A DNA stretch of 54,214 nucleotides, counting the filler, from Sluysia triapertura (Eukaryota), in NCBI GenBank assembly GCA_046118255.1. It is 4 parts of 4 records of this genome, joined end to end, with 100 filler letters (N's around TTAATTAATTAA, not from the genome) between each part and the next. Parts side by side here need not be neighbours in the genome. Positions count along the whole stretch, not along the records: positions 13,347 to 25,151 come from JBJNIA010169146.1; positions 25,252 to 37,502 come from JBJNIA010125522.1; 2 more parts are not named here. One strand, given 5' to 3'. The notes beneath the pieces were generated by a model. It made no database searches and was not told the DNA's origin. It was given only the letters and a program-made list of their open reading frames with translations. How positions within the stretch are numbered: position 1 is the stretch's first letter; each line of letters begins with the position of its first letter. A program made the position numbers and the translations under genes. Below, piece after piece: positions 13,378 through 28,480 of the stretch.

Positions 13378-13379
<2 letters not shown>

Positions 13380-14090
13380 GCATGAAATTTAATCATATTT
13401 GTCATCATTGACATGTTGTGTATTAAATTTTATCTCTACCCTGAAATGTCATCAACTACCAAATGATATGTGAACTGACTGTATTAACTGCCAATCAACA
13501 TTTCGTATGATCAACAGAATTATAAAAAATAATCATTTATCGGTACTTTTACTTTTGTTTTTGTCCGTCATATATCATTTAACGAAAAAGTTCTAATACT
13601 GATTCATCTCATAAGCATGCATTAGCAACAATTAATACTTCAAAGAAAATAAATTATGATATCAAAGTTTTAATATGTTAAAAGATATCGTTTACTGAGC
13701 CTTATTTTCTTCAAAAGGTACAGAAAATAAAATTGTTAAAATTGAATTCTTATACAGTTTTAAATCAATGATAGCTAAGAATGCTCATTGTAAAACGTTT
13801 GAAGATCATGATTGCTGATCACAAATATAAGTTCAATTATTAGTTCAATTACAAATATTAGTTCAATTACAATTACAATAACTCTAGAGTTGTTAACGTT
13901 ATTACTTCATGTTCGATAAAGTTTATCGAGTTATTTCAAAATTTATTTAAATCTTTTATTTTGGCCATTTTTATCATACATCCAATGTTTTATAATTACT
14001 ATTTTTCTTGGCATACAAACAATAAATGTTTAATATTAACAATATAGCGAATATAAATAAAGTTAATATGAGTTTTGAATCACAGACGCA

Positions 14091-14112
14091 ATATATATAT
14101 ATATATATATAT
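14091..14112. repeat. (AT)n microsatellite
   Basis: Directly visible. Confidence 0.9.
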
Positions 14113-14999
14113 TGGATATGAATACCATCCCACTTTTATTCATATTTAGTTAATGTACTAATTGAATCCACTATATACATCATTACTTCGTCATAATTTT
14201 ATTAAAACCTGATTGCGTCTTTAAAATATACGTGATTAATATGAATCAATTTAGCTTTTATAATTAATTACTGATGCACTTTAATTATTAATAAATTATT
14301 TTAAATAATTCAACAATTTCATCTCACTTAATATCTAATATTGTATTAGTTTATTTTTAGTAGCTCAAATTTAACCAATTATATTTCGAGTAAGTATAAT
14401 GTTACTTGCTATTACTTTCATAAATGAAATATGGTTCTTATTTAATATATAAATTATTACTAATATGGAGAACAAATAAATCATCAATAATCATCATAAT
14501 GACGCCAATTAACAGACATTAATGATAATTTGTTAATCGATTAGCATTGAATTAAATTAAGCATTTGCAATACTTTCGAATATTATATTATTGAATGATT
14601 AAAAAATTATTCATTACGTACATTAATTATTTAATTATTTTGAAATTAATTTGAAATTTTAGTTAAAATATTGCACGGAAAATGTTTTATGTTAACGCAT
14701 TTGTGAAAATGAGTCAAGATATTCCCATAAATTCACAAATACTGTATCTGTTTATAAAACTATATCTTGATTTATATTTCGTATAACAATTATTTTTAGT
14801 ATTTAATTTGCCATTCTTATCAGTTTATTTATTGTTTTAAAAAAATGGAATATTGGAAATAGATTTTTTTGAAATTATTATTAACAGTTATATTTATACT
14901 AATGTTACACATTTAAACACTTTTAGCTTTTTAACACAAAAACCAATAAATTTTATTTTTAATCATTGGGTAATGAAAAATCAGTTAAAAGACAATAAG

Positions 15000-17430
15000 T
15001 AAAATAAATTACAAAATATGAAAACGGATTGTTAAAATGAAAATACAAAATACAAATGCTACATTCATCAAATGGACTTCAATCTATATCTAATCGCTTC
15101 GTAGCCCGATGAACCATCAGTCCATTACAATAAGTTATTTTCATTGCAGTCAATAATAAAATTTCTTTAATTGGCACCTTAACAAAACTACAACTAATAT
15201 AAAAACGTAAACAGTGTGGTGGCCCAATTCGTAATTCATAATTTTGTTACCACGACTCCACTCAACTCCACAAACTATCTTCCAGACACAAATACACAAT
15301 CTTTAAATAAATCAAATGATAAACCCATCACAGAATACTCAGAAAACTCAACACATCAATAACAACTTCGAAACTCAAATTACCTTTTAAAAAGCACTTC
15401 AATATACCTTTCCAGAATTTTCAAATATTCAAGAATGACAAACAATTTAAACATTGGCGGCAAATTAGCTTATATTGTAAACAAATCATGAGAATATCAT
15501 ACAACGATTGTGTTACATAAAATTCGTGTCAAAAGCTTCCTACTCGTGTACTTATCTCATAAATTTGACAATTTTAAATTAAATAATCAATTAACACATA
15601 CTCGATTTATTTACTCAAATACTCTTTGAATCTCTCAATTTTAATGCATTATTTCCATTATAATACTATTTACTCTTAAATACCTTATTTATCCATTTTC
15701 ATTCACAATGTTTGAGTTTTGATGTCAAGATCATGTTAATCCCAAGAAAAGAAAAAAAGAAAAAAAAATTATATTTTAATAATGACAATAATAATTATGT
15801 TAATTAAAATTACATATAACAATTACAATGGCTGTCATCTTGCATTTTGTGCCAGTAATCGTCCAACACAATTAGACAAAAAGTTTTGTACCTAAAAATC
15901 ATGCAATCAAAAATTTTGAAAATAAAAATTTGATGAGTGTAACACAAAAAGAATTGCATGTCGCTGTAATTATTGAAAAAATTGCACACAAAAGAAGAGT
16001 ATAGATAATCCACATTACAATATTGTTTATCACTTCATCATCATCGCGGGATAAATTTTATCACAAATCACTATCAAATGGAGCAAACAATGACGAGTTT
16101 TTCCAGAGTATTCAACAACCCAAAGTTCATAGATATAGATATATTGATTAGAGCGATACGTAAGATGCAATAACTCAAAAATGTTAATTCTACCAGTTTT
16201 ACAGCTATCAAGAAACGTTAAAGTCACATTGGTCTTCATGATCCTACACCTTCCACGTGGTCTAATCGTAGTCTAATATTTGATCTATTCCATCTTCATT
16301 TAATATAAAGCGGTTCGCAACTGTTCAGCCGTAAGAGCAGTTGAATTACTTTTCCTTGAAAATTCACGTGGTTTTTCCGGATCAGATGAAGAAATGAAGC
16401 ATTTTAAAACAAATTTAAAAAAAAATTCAATCCACCTAATACCAAAGATGAGGATAAGTTATTTTCCAGCAATTACTTAGCTCCAATGCTGCACCAATGG
16501 ATCCACTGTATGTCTATTTTCAAATTGTTTCAGTTTTATTGCCAAATTTCATATTGAAAACTACCCATTCTCGTTGTATTTATGCATTATCTACGCACTT
16601 TTTTTATTTGTTTAGGTTTGCATCAAGCACAAATTAAATATATCGATGTTATTTTTAGTGCAACTTGTATAAAATTTAACAGGAGTTTTAAATCAAGTAC
16701 ATACATCATTGCGACTTATACTAGATTGAATCATATTAGGTTAACATCAAGTTCGTAAATAACAAAATCAAAACATTTAAAGAATAAACATTTCCAAATC
16801 ACAAAACTTTATTGCGAATCACAAAATGAAATCAGCACCCTATAAACAAATATTCAATTCACATAATCAAAAACAATTTATACATTATTCGAGTAAAAAC
16901 TTGTACCTTGAATTTCAGAAATATTTTCTTCCAATGCCCAACATAAATCCACATAGCATTAAAATTTAAAAATGCAAAATAATAATACAAATCAAGTAGT
17001 AATTGTATACAAACTTTAAAACACAATCAAAAGATATTTAAAATCAATAGTTTAATCAATGAATTTTAACATTCAACAATATTTTATAGTCACAATTTTC
17101 TAATAAGAACTTGAGTTTTACAATATGTTTCAACATTCACATTCTAAATCGAATTTTAAAAGTAATATTAATAAAAGCATACAAAATTATTCATAACTTA
17201 ATGTTATTGTATGCATGCGAACATGTCTTTATCTGATTGATTATTCCAAGCCGTTATTATGCTCAGACATTTATTATCTATGAATTTAACAACCTGGAGC
17301 ATTGATGTTATGCCAGTCAAATCAGTCACCAGGCTGCATAAAGAATGTTTAACATTACATATAATAGTACATATGTTACACAAAAAGATTTCATAATCCC
17401 TAAATTGCTCATATTTCGTATAATGCATTA
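15000..17430 (-). mobile_element. Probable CACTA/EnSpm (Mirage-like) transposase relic
   Basis: Collinear degenerate motifs on the minus strand: N-terminal CxxC (FLCNIC), LMLCGFMLG, ISFCDS, VD.MH, KPREFSRK..TAEQLRTALY (cf. P.EF.RKPR..KA.ELR.FLLY), HCLLHL, YLYSSF. Heavily disrupted; boundaries approximate. Confidence 0.5.
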
Positions 17431-17909
17431 TGATTCTGCATTACTTACGACTCCATCGTGTGTAAAATATTTATTGTAATAATAATGCAGCAGAAATTAT
17501 GATTTTCTTTAAAAAGATGATCATTTTTCTTGCATGTCAAAAGGATCTACTTCAATCAAGTAATAATTAAAATAATTTTCTCTCAAAACATCATTTATCA
17601 TATAAGCATTTTAAGTTTAAAAAATATAAATGAAACTAAACCAAACATTATTAAATATTATTATCATATATTTCAAACTTTAGCTCCGAATACTATCACA
17701 GGTCCAACTATCATGATTAAAATTTATTTGGTATTTCCAGAAAACAATCTTGATTGAAATGTACACGTGATATTCGATTTTGTTTTCATTAAGGTTAGTA
17801 AGAATAATTTGTTTCTTAGTATTTTCATACGAAAACATCTTGATTTTTCTACTATCTTTTTATCTTTTATCATTATATCACATAAGTTATTTTTGTCTTT
17901 GATATATAT

Positions 17910-18248
17910 CATGGATTCCCAAAGTGGGCGCTACCGCCCCCTGGTGGGCGCTGCAAGGATCCAGGGGGCGGTGGTGAATACAAGTTCATTTAGGGGCGAT
18001 AACACGATAATACTATATTAAATATTTTGTAATAAAATAAGCCCTTTACAAATAATAATAATATGATATTTTTTCTACCTAATTTATTTATATTTTTAAT
18101 ACATTTAATGAAAAAATAATGACATTAAGATTTTTATATAAATTGCTACTAAAAGTTTTAAAAAATGTGGAGTGGATTTGTTTGGAGGCGCTAAGTAATA
18201 TTTATTCTGAAAAGGGGGCGGTATGACCGAAAAGTTTGGGAATCACTG
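17910..18248. mobile_element. hAT (Charlie/Buster-type) MITE, 339 bp
   Basis: TIRs CATGGATTCCCAAA / TTTGGGAATCACTG (12/14 match) with GC-rich subterminal GGGGCG/CGCCCC motifs. No intact 8-bp TSD. Confidence 0.75.
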
Positions 18249-19628
18249 ACTTAACCGGTTATAGTAACGTCTCACAACATATCGTTGGCGCTTTTGTAAC
18301 TGATAAGTTAAAAGATCACCTAAAAATAATGTCACTTTCTACCAAATTAATGGTACAGGGTCTTATACTTGCTCAATAGTATTAATTTATTAATTAAATA
18401 ACACGAAAGTATTAATTCTTTTATTCCAAAAACACAAAAATCTTAAATAACTAAAGTGCTAAAACGGGAAAACAAAAATAATTATTTTAAAGATTAAAGC
18501 TAATATAATTTGAGTAAATTTTATCCCGCAGTATATCGGGGACTTACAAACTATAAATTAATATGAAATTTACTTGAATTTTATGATTTTAACTTCGAAA
18601 GTTAAAATCACCCTTAAAGTCTATATAAATTACCAAAAATTGATATTGTTCAGAGAATAATCGAGGAATAGCTGGAAATTGTGACAATTACTAAAATTCA
18701 CAATTATCTCGAATAACGCATGAAATTGAAACTTTGTGTTTTCTATAATGGCGATGATAAAATGGTGATTTTCTATTATATTTTAAGAAGCTAATTTTCG
18801 TTTTTTAGAAATTTTATTTTCTTTTTTGGAAAATAATTGTTTTTAAGTAATTTTCGAGATAAATAAGTGGTTTTGAAAGGTTTTAAATGATTTTGATTAA
18901 TTTCTTGATGGTTTTAAATAGTTTAAAGTAATTTTAAAGTGTCATTATGATATTTTTGAATTATTTTATAGGGTTGTGATGACAGTCTAACAACTAAATT
19001 TAAAGATTAAAAAATTAAATACCTTAAAAGGTTTTATTTATAAAATATATTCTATTATTGTCCCGATATAGTATTAAATTTTCAAATTTTTACTTATTAA
19101 ATTGTAATTGAAATAATTTTAAATTCTTAGCAAGGCATTTGTAAAGTTGTATAGTAGCTCTCTGAAATTATAATTTTGAATAGAGTATACTGTGCTGATT
19201 TTGAGATGTTTACCAAAGTAAGTTATGTTGTTATTTTGTGTTTGATATAATTAAATCATGGGCAACTAAAGAAAGAGTCAATGTATTATATTTGAATGCT
19301 GATGTAGAAGGTACAAATACGGTAATAATAAGGTAATAATAATGTATTATCATTATCAAAGTTTATAGTTTATAAGTCAAGTCAAAATTCAAATTTATCA
19401 AAAATTTCGCAATCTGAAATATGTATAAATTACAAACATAAATTTATAAATAATTTAAAATAAATGAATTCAAACATTTATAAATCATAAATAATTGTTT
19501 AAGAATAAATTACTAATAATAATTATAAAAATAATAAATTTTAATAATTAATGAATATAATAAATCTTAATGCTAAGTTTTACATAATACATAATAAATT
19601 ATAATAAAAGTTAGAATAAAGTGATTCA

Positions 19629-19648
19629 TGTGACCTTGCAAGGTCACA
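19629..19648. repeat. Perfect 20-bp palindrome TGTGACCTTGCAAGGTCACA
   Basis: Self-complementary; related palindrome at 23565-23580. Confidence 0.85.
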
Positions 19649-22600
19649 AATCTTTTATAAAATAAATGCATTAATTCAATCAACAATTATTAATAAAATT
19701 TTAAAGACGCGATTTTCAAGTTATCGTATCATGACTGGCGATGTGTTGCTGATTATTATTAATTTAATTAGAAAATTAATTGTAGGAATCAAAAAACTGT
19801 TGATAATCGTTAGTTAAATTTGTAATACGATTTTTCAATTTTAAGTTGACAGTAAAATATATTTTAACTCGTAAATAATTTTCAAAAATCAATCTTTTAT
19901 TAAGATCTTAGTAAAATAACTTGTTAACACTGAATTACCGATTATATAGTAATCGAATAATTTATCATCTTTGAAATTTGTCTATAAAATTTGTAAATTA
20001 TTACGCTGACCAATGTGTTACCAAACCTTAGTGCTCGAATAGTTGTTTTATAAGAAAGAACTAATTGTTTTTTCCCTATCATTTTAAGATAAATCAACAA
20101 AATATAATTAACAATTTCAAATTAAATTCTATAGAACCTTTTAATTTGGATTTGTAAACTTATTTAAAAATTTTAACCGATTTTATATCGGTAATAATTT
20201 ATTTATTTAAATTACACGTCAGACAAATTTAATCTTACACATTTGAATGTTCGAACATACTTTTCAGTAACCAATTAGTGAATAAGTACGTATCTTTATC
20301 CTAGTGAAACTTACGTTAAATATTTAATTATTAAAGCACAAAATTTAGTAAAGTTACTCTTGAAATAAAAATGATAAATTACTAATAATCGTGTTCATTG
20401 AATTAGCTAGTTGTAAGGTGCGTTATACTTAGTTTTCGCCGATTAAGACCTGTAAGGAAATTATATCTCAAGATAACATGAACCTCAGTTTAAATTAGAA
20501 CTAAAATCCTACCGACTAACCATAACTCTTAAGTCTAGGATCTTAAGCAAACTTGTTCTTTCATATCATTTTTGGTGAAGTAAAATTAAGTACATTTACT
20601 TGTAGAAACCCGCCAATATATTTACATGACAGAAAAAATCATTCTTTAAATATGCTATTTGTGCCGTTTTGAATTTAAACCCTCTAACAGTTAATCTAAT
20701 AAAATTAATATGATAATATCCTACAGAGATGTCTACTATAGAACAAACATCTAAAATGGGTTCGACGTTTAATACTAATTATTTTAAAAAACAGAAATGG
20801 AATAACTATATTATAATCGACGTTAAAATGTAGATTTATTTTATATATAAAGTAGAATTTGGTTATTAGGATTATTATATTTTAATAATAATCTATTCAG
20901 ATTATTATTAATAACTTTTAAAGGAACTAACCTATTTTTTAAAAATTTTTTTGTCTGCAAATTAAAATTCTTGATATTATTTAAGTCTTTCAAATGTTTT
21001 CTTTTGACTAATAATTTCCTACTAAAAATAATCTTCAGAATTTTTAATAATTAATAGCTTCTTCAAATTGATATAATAATTGAACCAAATTAATGTTGAG
21101 AATATTTATAAAGACTTTACTGTTGAAAATAATTTAACGATTTAGCACAATTTATAACCATATTCAACCAATCATATCTCAACACTTTATTCTATGTTTT
21201 GTTTCATAATTTTAAATATTCATTTAAACATAATATAAAAATAATAAAATAATTTAGTCATTTAGAATTAAATTAATTTCAAGAATAAAATACTTTAGTA
21301 TTTAAAATATACATTATAAAATAATGTATTAATTTTTATTACATAATTTTTTATTTATACTTAAAATTTACATTAATTAAAGATTACAAAAAACATATAA
21401 ATATAAAAATTTTTCATCATTTCAGTGAGCTTAAGTTAAATTCTAAATATTTGATAAAGATTTAGAAAAATACAGGTTCAGTTACAATCTATGTCTTAAA
21501 ACGAATAAGCGCAAAAACTGTTGAATTTGTTTATATTCGTGCATGAGATGTTCTTAACTAGTATTTTATACACAATGAATTTAATGTCGCATTTATTAGG
21601 ATACATCAATAGACTGATTCGAAGAACGTGTTAATTTTATTAGATTGTTTGGTATCTGTCCTCTCTTTATTTCCTTATTTAGGGAGGAGGAAAAATTTTA
21701 AAATACTTAATTAATAATTTTATTTAAAAATATACTATAAAATTTAAAATAAAAACACAGATAAAATCACTTTATGATTAATTTGCCTTTAATTTCTTGT
21801 CGTTTTAAATAAGATTATTTTAATAAGATTTTAGCCCTAATTAAATCAGGCAAAATATTTTCAAATGCATTTTATTATTTGTTCCACGGAAGAATAAACA
21901 GCCTTATAAAATTTAAAATTACGGAACATAATAATCAATTAATCATATTGTTTCGTCGACTAAAAATGGTGTCTTAATAAATTTGTAGAACCAACATTGA
22001 AAAAACAAATAATTGATATATATTTATACGGATCCCCATTCATTAAAATGTTTCCAGATTGGAGAGAATATTTTTTCCCTCATTATTACTACTGACAATT
22101 TATTATTTAATAATAAATGTAAGTTTTAAATTATTATCAATTACTACATTGTAAATTTATTATTTTATTTACTGACATTATATTTCATTAAATTGTTATC
22201 GTTATAACGTTTTCTTAAGGACGTCAAAATCTTCTCAATGAACAATGTTATTCTTTTTTCACAACGTGTCTGTACGGTTTGCTAAGCATCGATTTTAAGA
22301 AAAGTAAAAATCTAAAACAATGAGTTTATTTTTCATATTCTTCTTTTCGTGCAAACTATATTGTACACAAAGATGAAAATGCCACTTAGTATAATTATTT
22401 TAAATATTTAAGTCATTGTTTTAGTAAAAATAAACATTAATTGATTGCTTCTTAAATCTTAAATAATATAATTTATAACTTTGGTATGTATTTAATATGT
22501 ATTAAATAAATAATATTTATAACTGAAACATACATTTTATTGTTAAAAGGAAGTGATACTGAACAAAAACAATTTCAAAATAAGATTAAAATAATCAAAT

Positions 22601-23564
22601 TATATTATAACAAAGAGTTTGTACAAACATTTATTAGAATATTTTCTTTTGTTTAATTGATTATTGTTTTACAGACAAAGCACTAAAAACAAAACAGCTG
22701 AAACTGATACAATTAAACAATAAACAATATTTAGTATAGTTTCTTTTTCAAATACAAACTATGTAAATAAAATGATTAATAAAATGAAAGTACTTTTTTA
22801 TTAAATATGTAAAATATTTTAAATTCCTTTTAAAATATTTTAGGAACACCAAAAATTCAAATTCATTCTTCATTTTTCTACCTTCTTTAACTGATATACA
22901 TCTCTTTATAAAGGTTTTATGAATTTACCTATGATCCTAGATTTACAAGTTACGGCTATTCCGTGGATTTTACATTCTTATTTCAATATCTATCTTAAGA
23001 TAAAGTTTCCTCACTATTGGGTTATGAAATCTTACACCTTATCATTAATCAATTCCTTTCTTTATGAAACAGTAAATTTATTTGGTGGGATGTAATTCTC
23101 AAAATTCGGATAGAATTTAATGTTTCTGCTGCGATTTAAATTGAGGTTTGATAAAAAGATAAAGGACTACTAATTTAAAATTTGTTGATAACATTTTCGA
23201 CTTATAAATTTATATTTATAGATTTATATTTTTCATCGAGAGATTGGTATAAAAATCAACTATAAAAAAGTGCAATGGAAAAATTGATAAGGTTTATTAA
23301 GAAAATGGGGGCAGTTTACAAACTTCGATATTTACAATTTAATAATAAGTTACGAAGATTATTTTAAAAGATCTTTCAAAAAATAATCAAAAATTTTACG
23401 ACAATTAAAATATGTGAGAGCTTAAATAAAATTAATTAACGATCATTTGATGATAGACCGCGAATATAAACTATTTATAATTATGAAACGAATACAAATT
23501 GAAATTTGTTACAATAAAATTGTGTGACATTTTGTTTTGAATGTATGTATTTATACGTGATCTG

Positions 23565-23580
23565 TGACCTTCGAAGGTCA
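23565..23580. repeat. Perfect 16-bp palindrome TGACCTTCGAAGGTCA
   Basis: Self-complementary; same TGACCTT-NN-AAGGTCA core as 19629-19648. Confidence 0.85.
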
Positions 23581-24923
23581 AATGAATTTATTTAGACATT
23601 AAAATATATTATTTAATTATTTAAAATTATTTTTATTATTACTATTGTGGAAATGGATGCGTAATAACAATAAAATGCTTAATATAATATGTGAGTTCAC
23701 CTACTATCCTAGTCTTACTAGTAACTGCTAGTCCGCAGGATTTCAAGTAAAAAATGGTAATGCACTCTTACTGGAGGTTAATTTTAGTTTTCAATGACAT
23801 ATCTTAACGTTTAACTATTTTTTTAATTTTAATAAGATACCTTTTCGTAAATAAGTTTGATTATATTCAATATAAGTTATTAAATGGGATTTTACAAAAG
23901 ATCCTTCTTAAATAAGATCTACAAATTCTATATTTCACAAAGTCCGATAAGGAAAATCGGTTTACAAATTTTATGTAAATTTATTTTAATTAATTTGAGA
24001 CTGTAAAAGTTACGAATAATCTTCTTTAAAAGAGATGTAATTATTTTCTCAAAATACAAAAAATAAAAAAACGTTAAACAAATTATAGGAATGCATCGAG
24101 GTCGTAATTTATCAGATTATCGACAATGTAGTCGTAAATCACAAGAAAAACTTTATTTTAAAAACAGATTTTACTTAGAACCTTTTAAATTGTTTTGCAA
24201 AAGTTTATCTATGAGATTTTAAGTAAGAGTTTACAAATGTACATAAATCGCACAAAAAACTTAATCAAAATAAACTAACGAGAACAAATTAGCAATAAGA
24301 TCAGCTCAATAATTAGAAACGTTGAATGTATCTATACATCATTTGGTATCTCTTATATTCGCTTGAATTTAATTACAAATGTATATCATATTTATAATAA
24401 ATTTGCTTTGACCTTGACAGTTAATAATAAAACAAGAAAAAAATTAAATTTACATAATCTAGTCCAAATAATAGTAATTCAACAATAAAAAAATCCAAAT
24501 AATATTATCAAATATCTTAAGTAGAACAAATATTGATTTAAAACACACCAAGAAAACATTAAATATTCGAAATATTATCATGACAAATACACAATCAAAA
24601 TATTAATTATTATGATAAATATGTATAATCATTTATTTAAAGATCATAAATTCTATTGTTTATTCACAAATTCCAGTTCAATATATTACGTGATTATCAT
24701 TTACTTAAAATATTATTTAAAAATTTTATTATTATTATTGAGTCAAAAGATCTCAATATTAACATTAATATATTATTAATATTAACATTAATATATATAT
24801 ATGAACTTTATTTTTATCATATCATAATTTCATAATAATAATTAGAATATTAATATAATAATAACAATAACAGTAATAAATTTTAACTAAATATTTCATC
24901 CGTCTTTATCATTATCGTTAAGG

Positions 24924-24924
<1 letters not shown>

Positions 24925-24991
<67 letters not shown>

Positions 24992-24995
24992 TATA
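24925..24995. repeat. (ATT)n/(ATC) microsatellite
   Basis: Directly visible. Confidence 0.9.
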
Positions 24996-25151
24996 ATTTA
25001 TATCCCAGTGAAGGACGTTTCTATAGATTTTGTAGAATTGATCAGAAAATTTATGAGGGACTTTTCCTTAATTTAATAATAACGATGCAATTATCACTTA
25101 TCAAGTAATGCAAAAATGTAGTTCCGATAAAGTCTAAGACTCGATTTTACG

Positions 25152-25251
25152 NNNNNNNNNNNNNNNNNNNNNNNNNNNNNNNNNNNNNNNNNNNNTTAAT
25201 TAATTAANNNNNNNNNNNNNNNNNNNNNNNNNNNNNNNNNNNNNNNNNNNN
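25152..25251. other. Assembly gap with artificial linker
   Basis: N44-TTAATTAATTAA-N44. Confidence 0.97.
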
Positions 25252-27149
25252 AATAACGTTCAACTTATTATATTATTCCAAGTTTTGACCCTTATATCAA
25301 CCCTTATCCTTCACTAATCCCAACAATAGGACAGAGTCAGAATAAAGCAAACTGTAGGGAAGCTGCTTTAGTTCATCAGTAGATAACGGTGAAACTAAAG
25401 TCATTTCTTTAGCAATTAACTAAAATAATCCATTTTCTTTTTTGGACATTGGTTAGTAATACATTTCTTACTGTTCATATTTTGCATTAATACCGTTTCG
25501 AAGATTTAAGTGGTGTCACTCCTGGTTGTGATTTGTTTTTAAAGAATAAACAATAAAGAATAATTTACAATATTGAGAATAATTTACAAATAGAGAATAA
25601 TTTGTATCGTTAGGTTGTAAATTTTGTGATAATTCAAAGAATATATCGAGATTCTGAATTATTGAGTTTTATTAATAATTTGTAAAATAAAGTATTGACA
25701 CAACAAAAGTACATTGTCTGTATATAATGTTCTAAACTAGATAGTAAAATTTTAAAATGCCAATTGTATTGTGAATAAACTTGAAGTATTTTCTAGTGTG
25801 ACGAAGTCAATATATGTTAAAAATTCTCCGTGAATTAGTAATAAAGTGTTTTAAGGTGAAAGTCAGGGATGTATATGATAGACGTTAATTAGATGAATAA
25901 GAAATTATGTAGAATTAACGAATTGTATAAGAATTATCATTCAAAATTCCACTCATATTACAGCCAAAGAAATGCGCATAACTTTGGAATGTTACTCTTT
26001 GTTTTGATACAAAATGGAAAACTAGTTTTAGTTTATCCCAGTATTCGAAATAATTTCAAGTTGAATTTATTTATAACTAAACTTATCTTCTGATTTTTAT
26101 TAAGACAATTGTGGTGGTACAACCTCATAGATTACGTACACCACCCTTACTTTAATCAAAAATCACACAAACTCATTACAAAAATCACACTAAAATAAAG
26201 TACATTTGTAATATTTACACTATTACACCTTTCATCATTAACAAAACATAGACGTGTAATAAGCTCTAACATTTTTTTAATATTCTGTTTATTGATATAG
26301 AAGTAACAATTGTCACGTCATCACTACGTCAACACCACTCCTTTAGTCTATCCTTTTTATACAGAATTATTGTAAATGCATTATACATCGTGTAATATTT
26401 TATATTCAAGATTTATATAGTACTTTTGTAAAGACATCTCTAGCAATTTCTTTCTCAAACGATCTTTCCTCGCGTGTTTGTGCAGAAAATAAATAGTAAT
26501 TCCTGTTCGCAATATCAACAATTCAAACCAGGTCATCAACAACATTTATCATTTTAATTTTAAATATCGGCCAAGGATTTAACTCTTATTTAACCCTATA
26601 ATACTTTCCTACAATGGAAGAACGCATGAAGCATCAAGAGAAAATGTATGAACAGACTCACAAAGAATTTGAAACGGCTGTCACGAAAGAAATTGGTCCT
26701 AACAGTAATTCGAAATGTTTTACTCCCGAAAAACTACAAGCAGCCGCCGATTCGACTAAAGAATTACCGAAACAGATTCGTGGATTTTCATTGGGTAATG
26801 CTGAAACTGCTTGGCCTCAGTGTGAATAGAGTATAAAGTCGAGATGTTTTATGAAATTCATTTATGGACTAATAAAACATTTTCCTTCATCGGTTTCTAT
26901 ATGACATTAGTTTTACAACCAATGTTATTTAGATACCAATTCAGTACTAATCTCAGTTGGTTACAATGCTGGGGGCATGTCAAGTTAAAACTTATCTTTC
27001 ACATTGTCAATCTATACTATAGTTATATTTACCGTTGAACGAACAATTGCTATGACAAAACCACGAATAAAAATAAAAAATGTGTAGTTAATTATTATAG
27101 GTATTACAATTATTATGAAAGTTAGTTACGACAATCACTGTTACATCAA

Positions 27150-28480
27150 TCCAAGTCCACAGAATCATCATATTCCATGAGATAATCATATCGGAATAGA
27201 GAATGGAAGTTGTTGTCTTTACGAAATTTTAGTGAAGACAATAATTGCAGTGTGGACTATTGGTGCTGTCTTTGGTACTGTCGAGTTTGAAGCACGTGTC
27301 AACGGTTTGACAAGTGCTGGATTGGATGATGATGACATCACTGATGGCTTTACCAAGTTTGAAATCTAAGTCAATGATGAAATAGAAAAAGAAGAAGAAG
27401 AGGAAGAGGAAGGAGAAAGAGAGGACACAAGCTTTGGTTTTTTAGGAGAGGCAGTAAGTTTTGAATTAGAAGTAGGTTTAGTAGAGTGAGGTTTCTTAAA
27501 AAGAACAGCAGGAGCATTGTTACAACGGGTGATAAACTGCAAATCTCGCTCCCTTGTATAGTCAAGTAGGGTCACCAATTCTGTGACCATCTGTCGATAG
27601 GTCAACACTGGGAAAATAGATAAGATCAGCTGCAGTGTCTGGCGTGCCCTAAAAAGGGATCATCAGTAGAAAAGGGAACCAAGTTATGGTTAGACATATT
27701 AATGATCCCTCTTAATAATAAGAATTTTGGGGTTCAGCGCCACTAAGATTTTATTGCACAAGATTCCTATTCGTTGTGGACGAACCTCATCGATATCCTT
27801 AGCTAGTCTAAGGTCGACATCCGTAATTGTTTGGATGTTTCGCCTGAAATTTTGGATACGACACCGAGGTCTGATTCGAGCCTCAGTGTGGAGTTGGCGG
27901 CTGTATAGAGTACAGGTTACGCAGATTAAGTGCCATTTATTCAAAAAATCTGTGGCATATTGAAAAGTCACCAATATGAGCCTATCCTCATCATACGCGG
28001 AAAGAGACGGAACGTGCGTATATGAGGAGCCGCTTTTCCAACGGCTCATGTTATCAAGGTCCTCCACGAATGGAAGAAAAGAATGGTCAATAAGAGGAAT
28101 TGAGGGTAAAACAAAAAGAAAAGCAATATGGGTTAGAAATTCATGGGCTTCTACAGCCTTAGTCAACCAGGAAAGGTGAAGTATTGACTGTCTTTCTATA
28201 CGTAATAATAATGGGATTCTCTCGACTACTAAAGTAACCTTAATTGCTCCACGCGCGGATACCACATATGGTGTATCGAAGTCATCAGGCACGTTGGTTA
28301 AACCGTGCCAGGAAATAAGGGGAAGTTCCGACGATAAAGAAAAGATGTTTGTTGCCACATTATCGGTAAATTTGGACTTCACTTTACAGTCCGGGGCAAA
28401 CGAGTTTGGAAAGAATTTTGGGGTAAGGTTTTCGACACAGAATCTATCAAGAGAAGAATAAAAAACGATGATCTGGTTGA
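27150..28480 (-). pseudogene. Relatively GC-rich unassigned coding region (227-aa ORF plus frameshifted continuation with Ser/Pro/Lys-rich tail)
   Basis: ORFs 27699..28382 and 27366..27608 are joined by a coding-like segment (SNHNLVPFSTDDPF*GTPDTAADLIYFPV). Base composition is clearly less AT-rich than the flanks. Confidence 0.45.

Noticed and set aside
2364-25900. Many 60-85 aa hydrophobic Ile/Phe/Lys/Asn-rich ORFs in the ORF track
   Set aside because: Composition expected from random AT-rich DNA; alternative start codons; no motifs or splice consistency.
25510-26150. PBS-like TGGTGTCAC (+) and PPT-like AAGGGTGG-TGT (-)
   Set aside because: Opposite strands, no paired LTR or TSD found.
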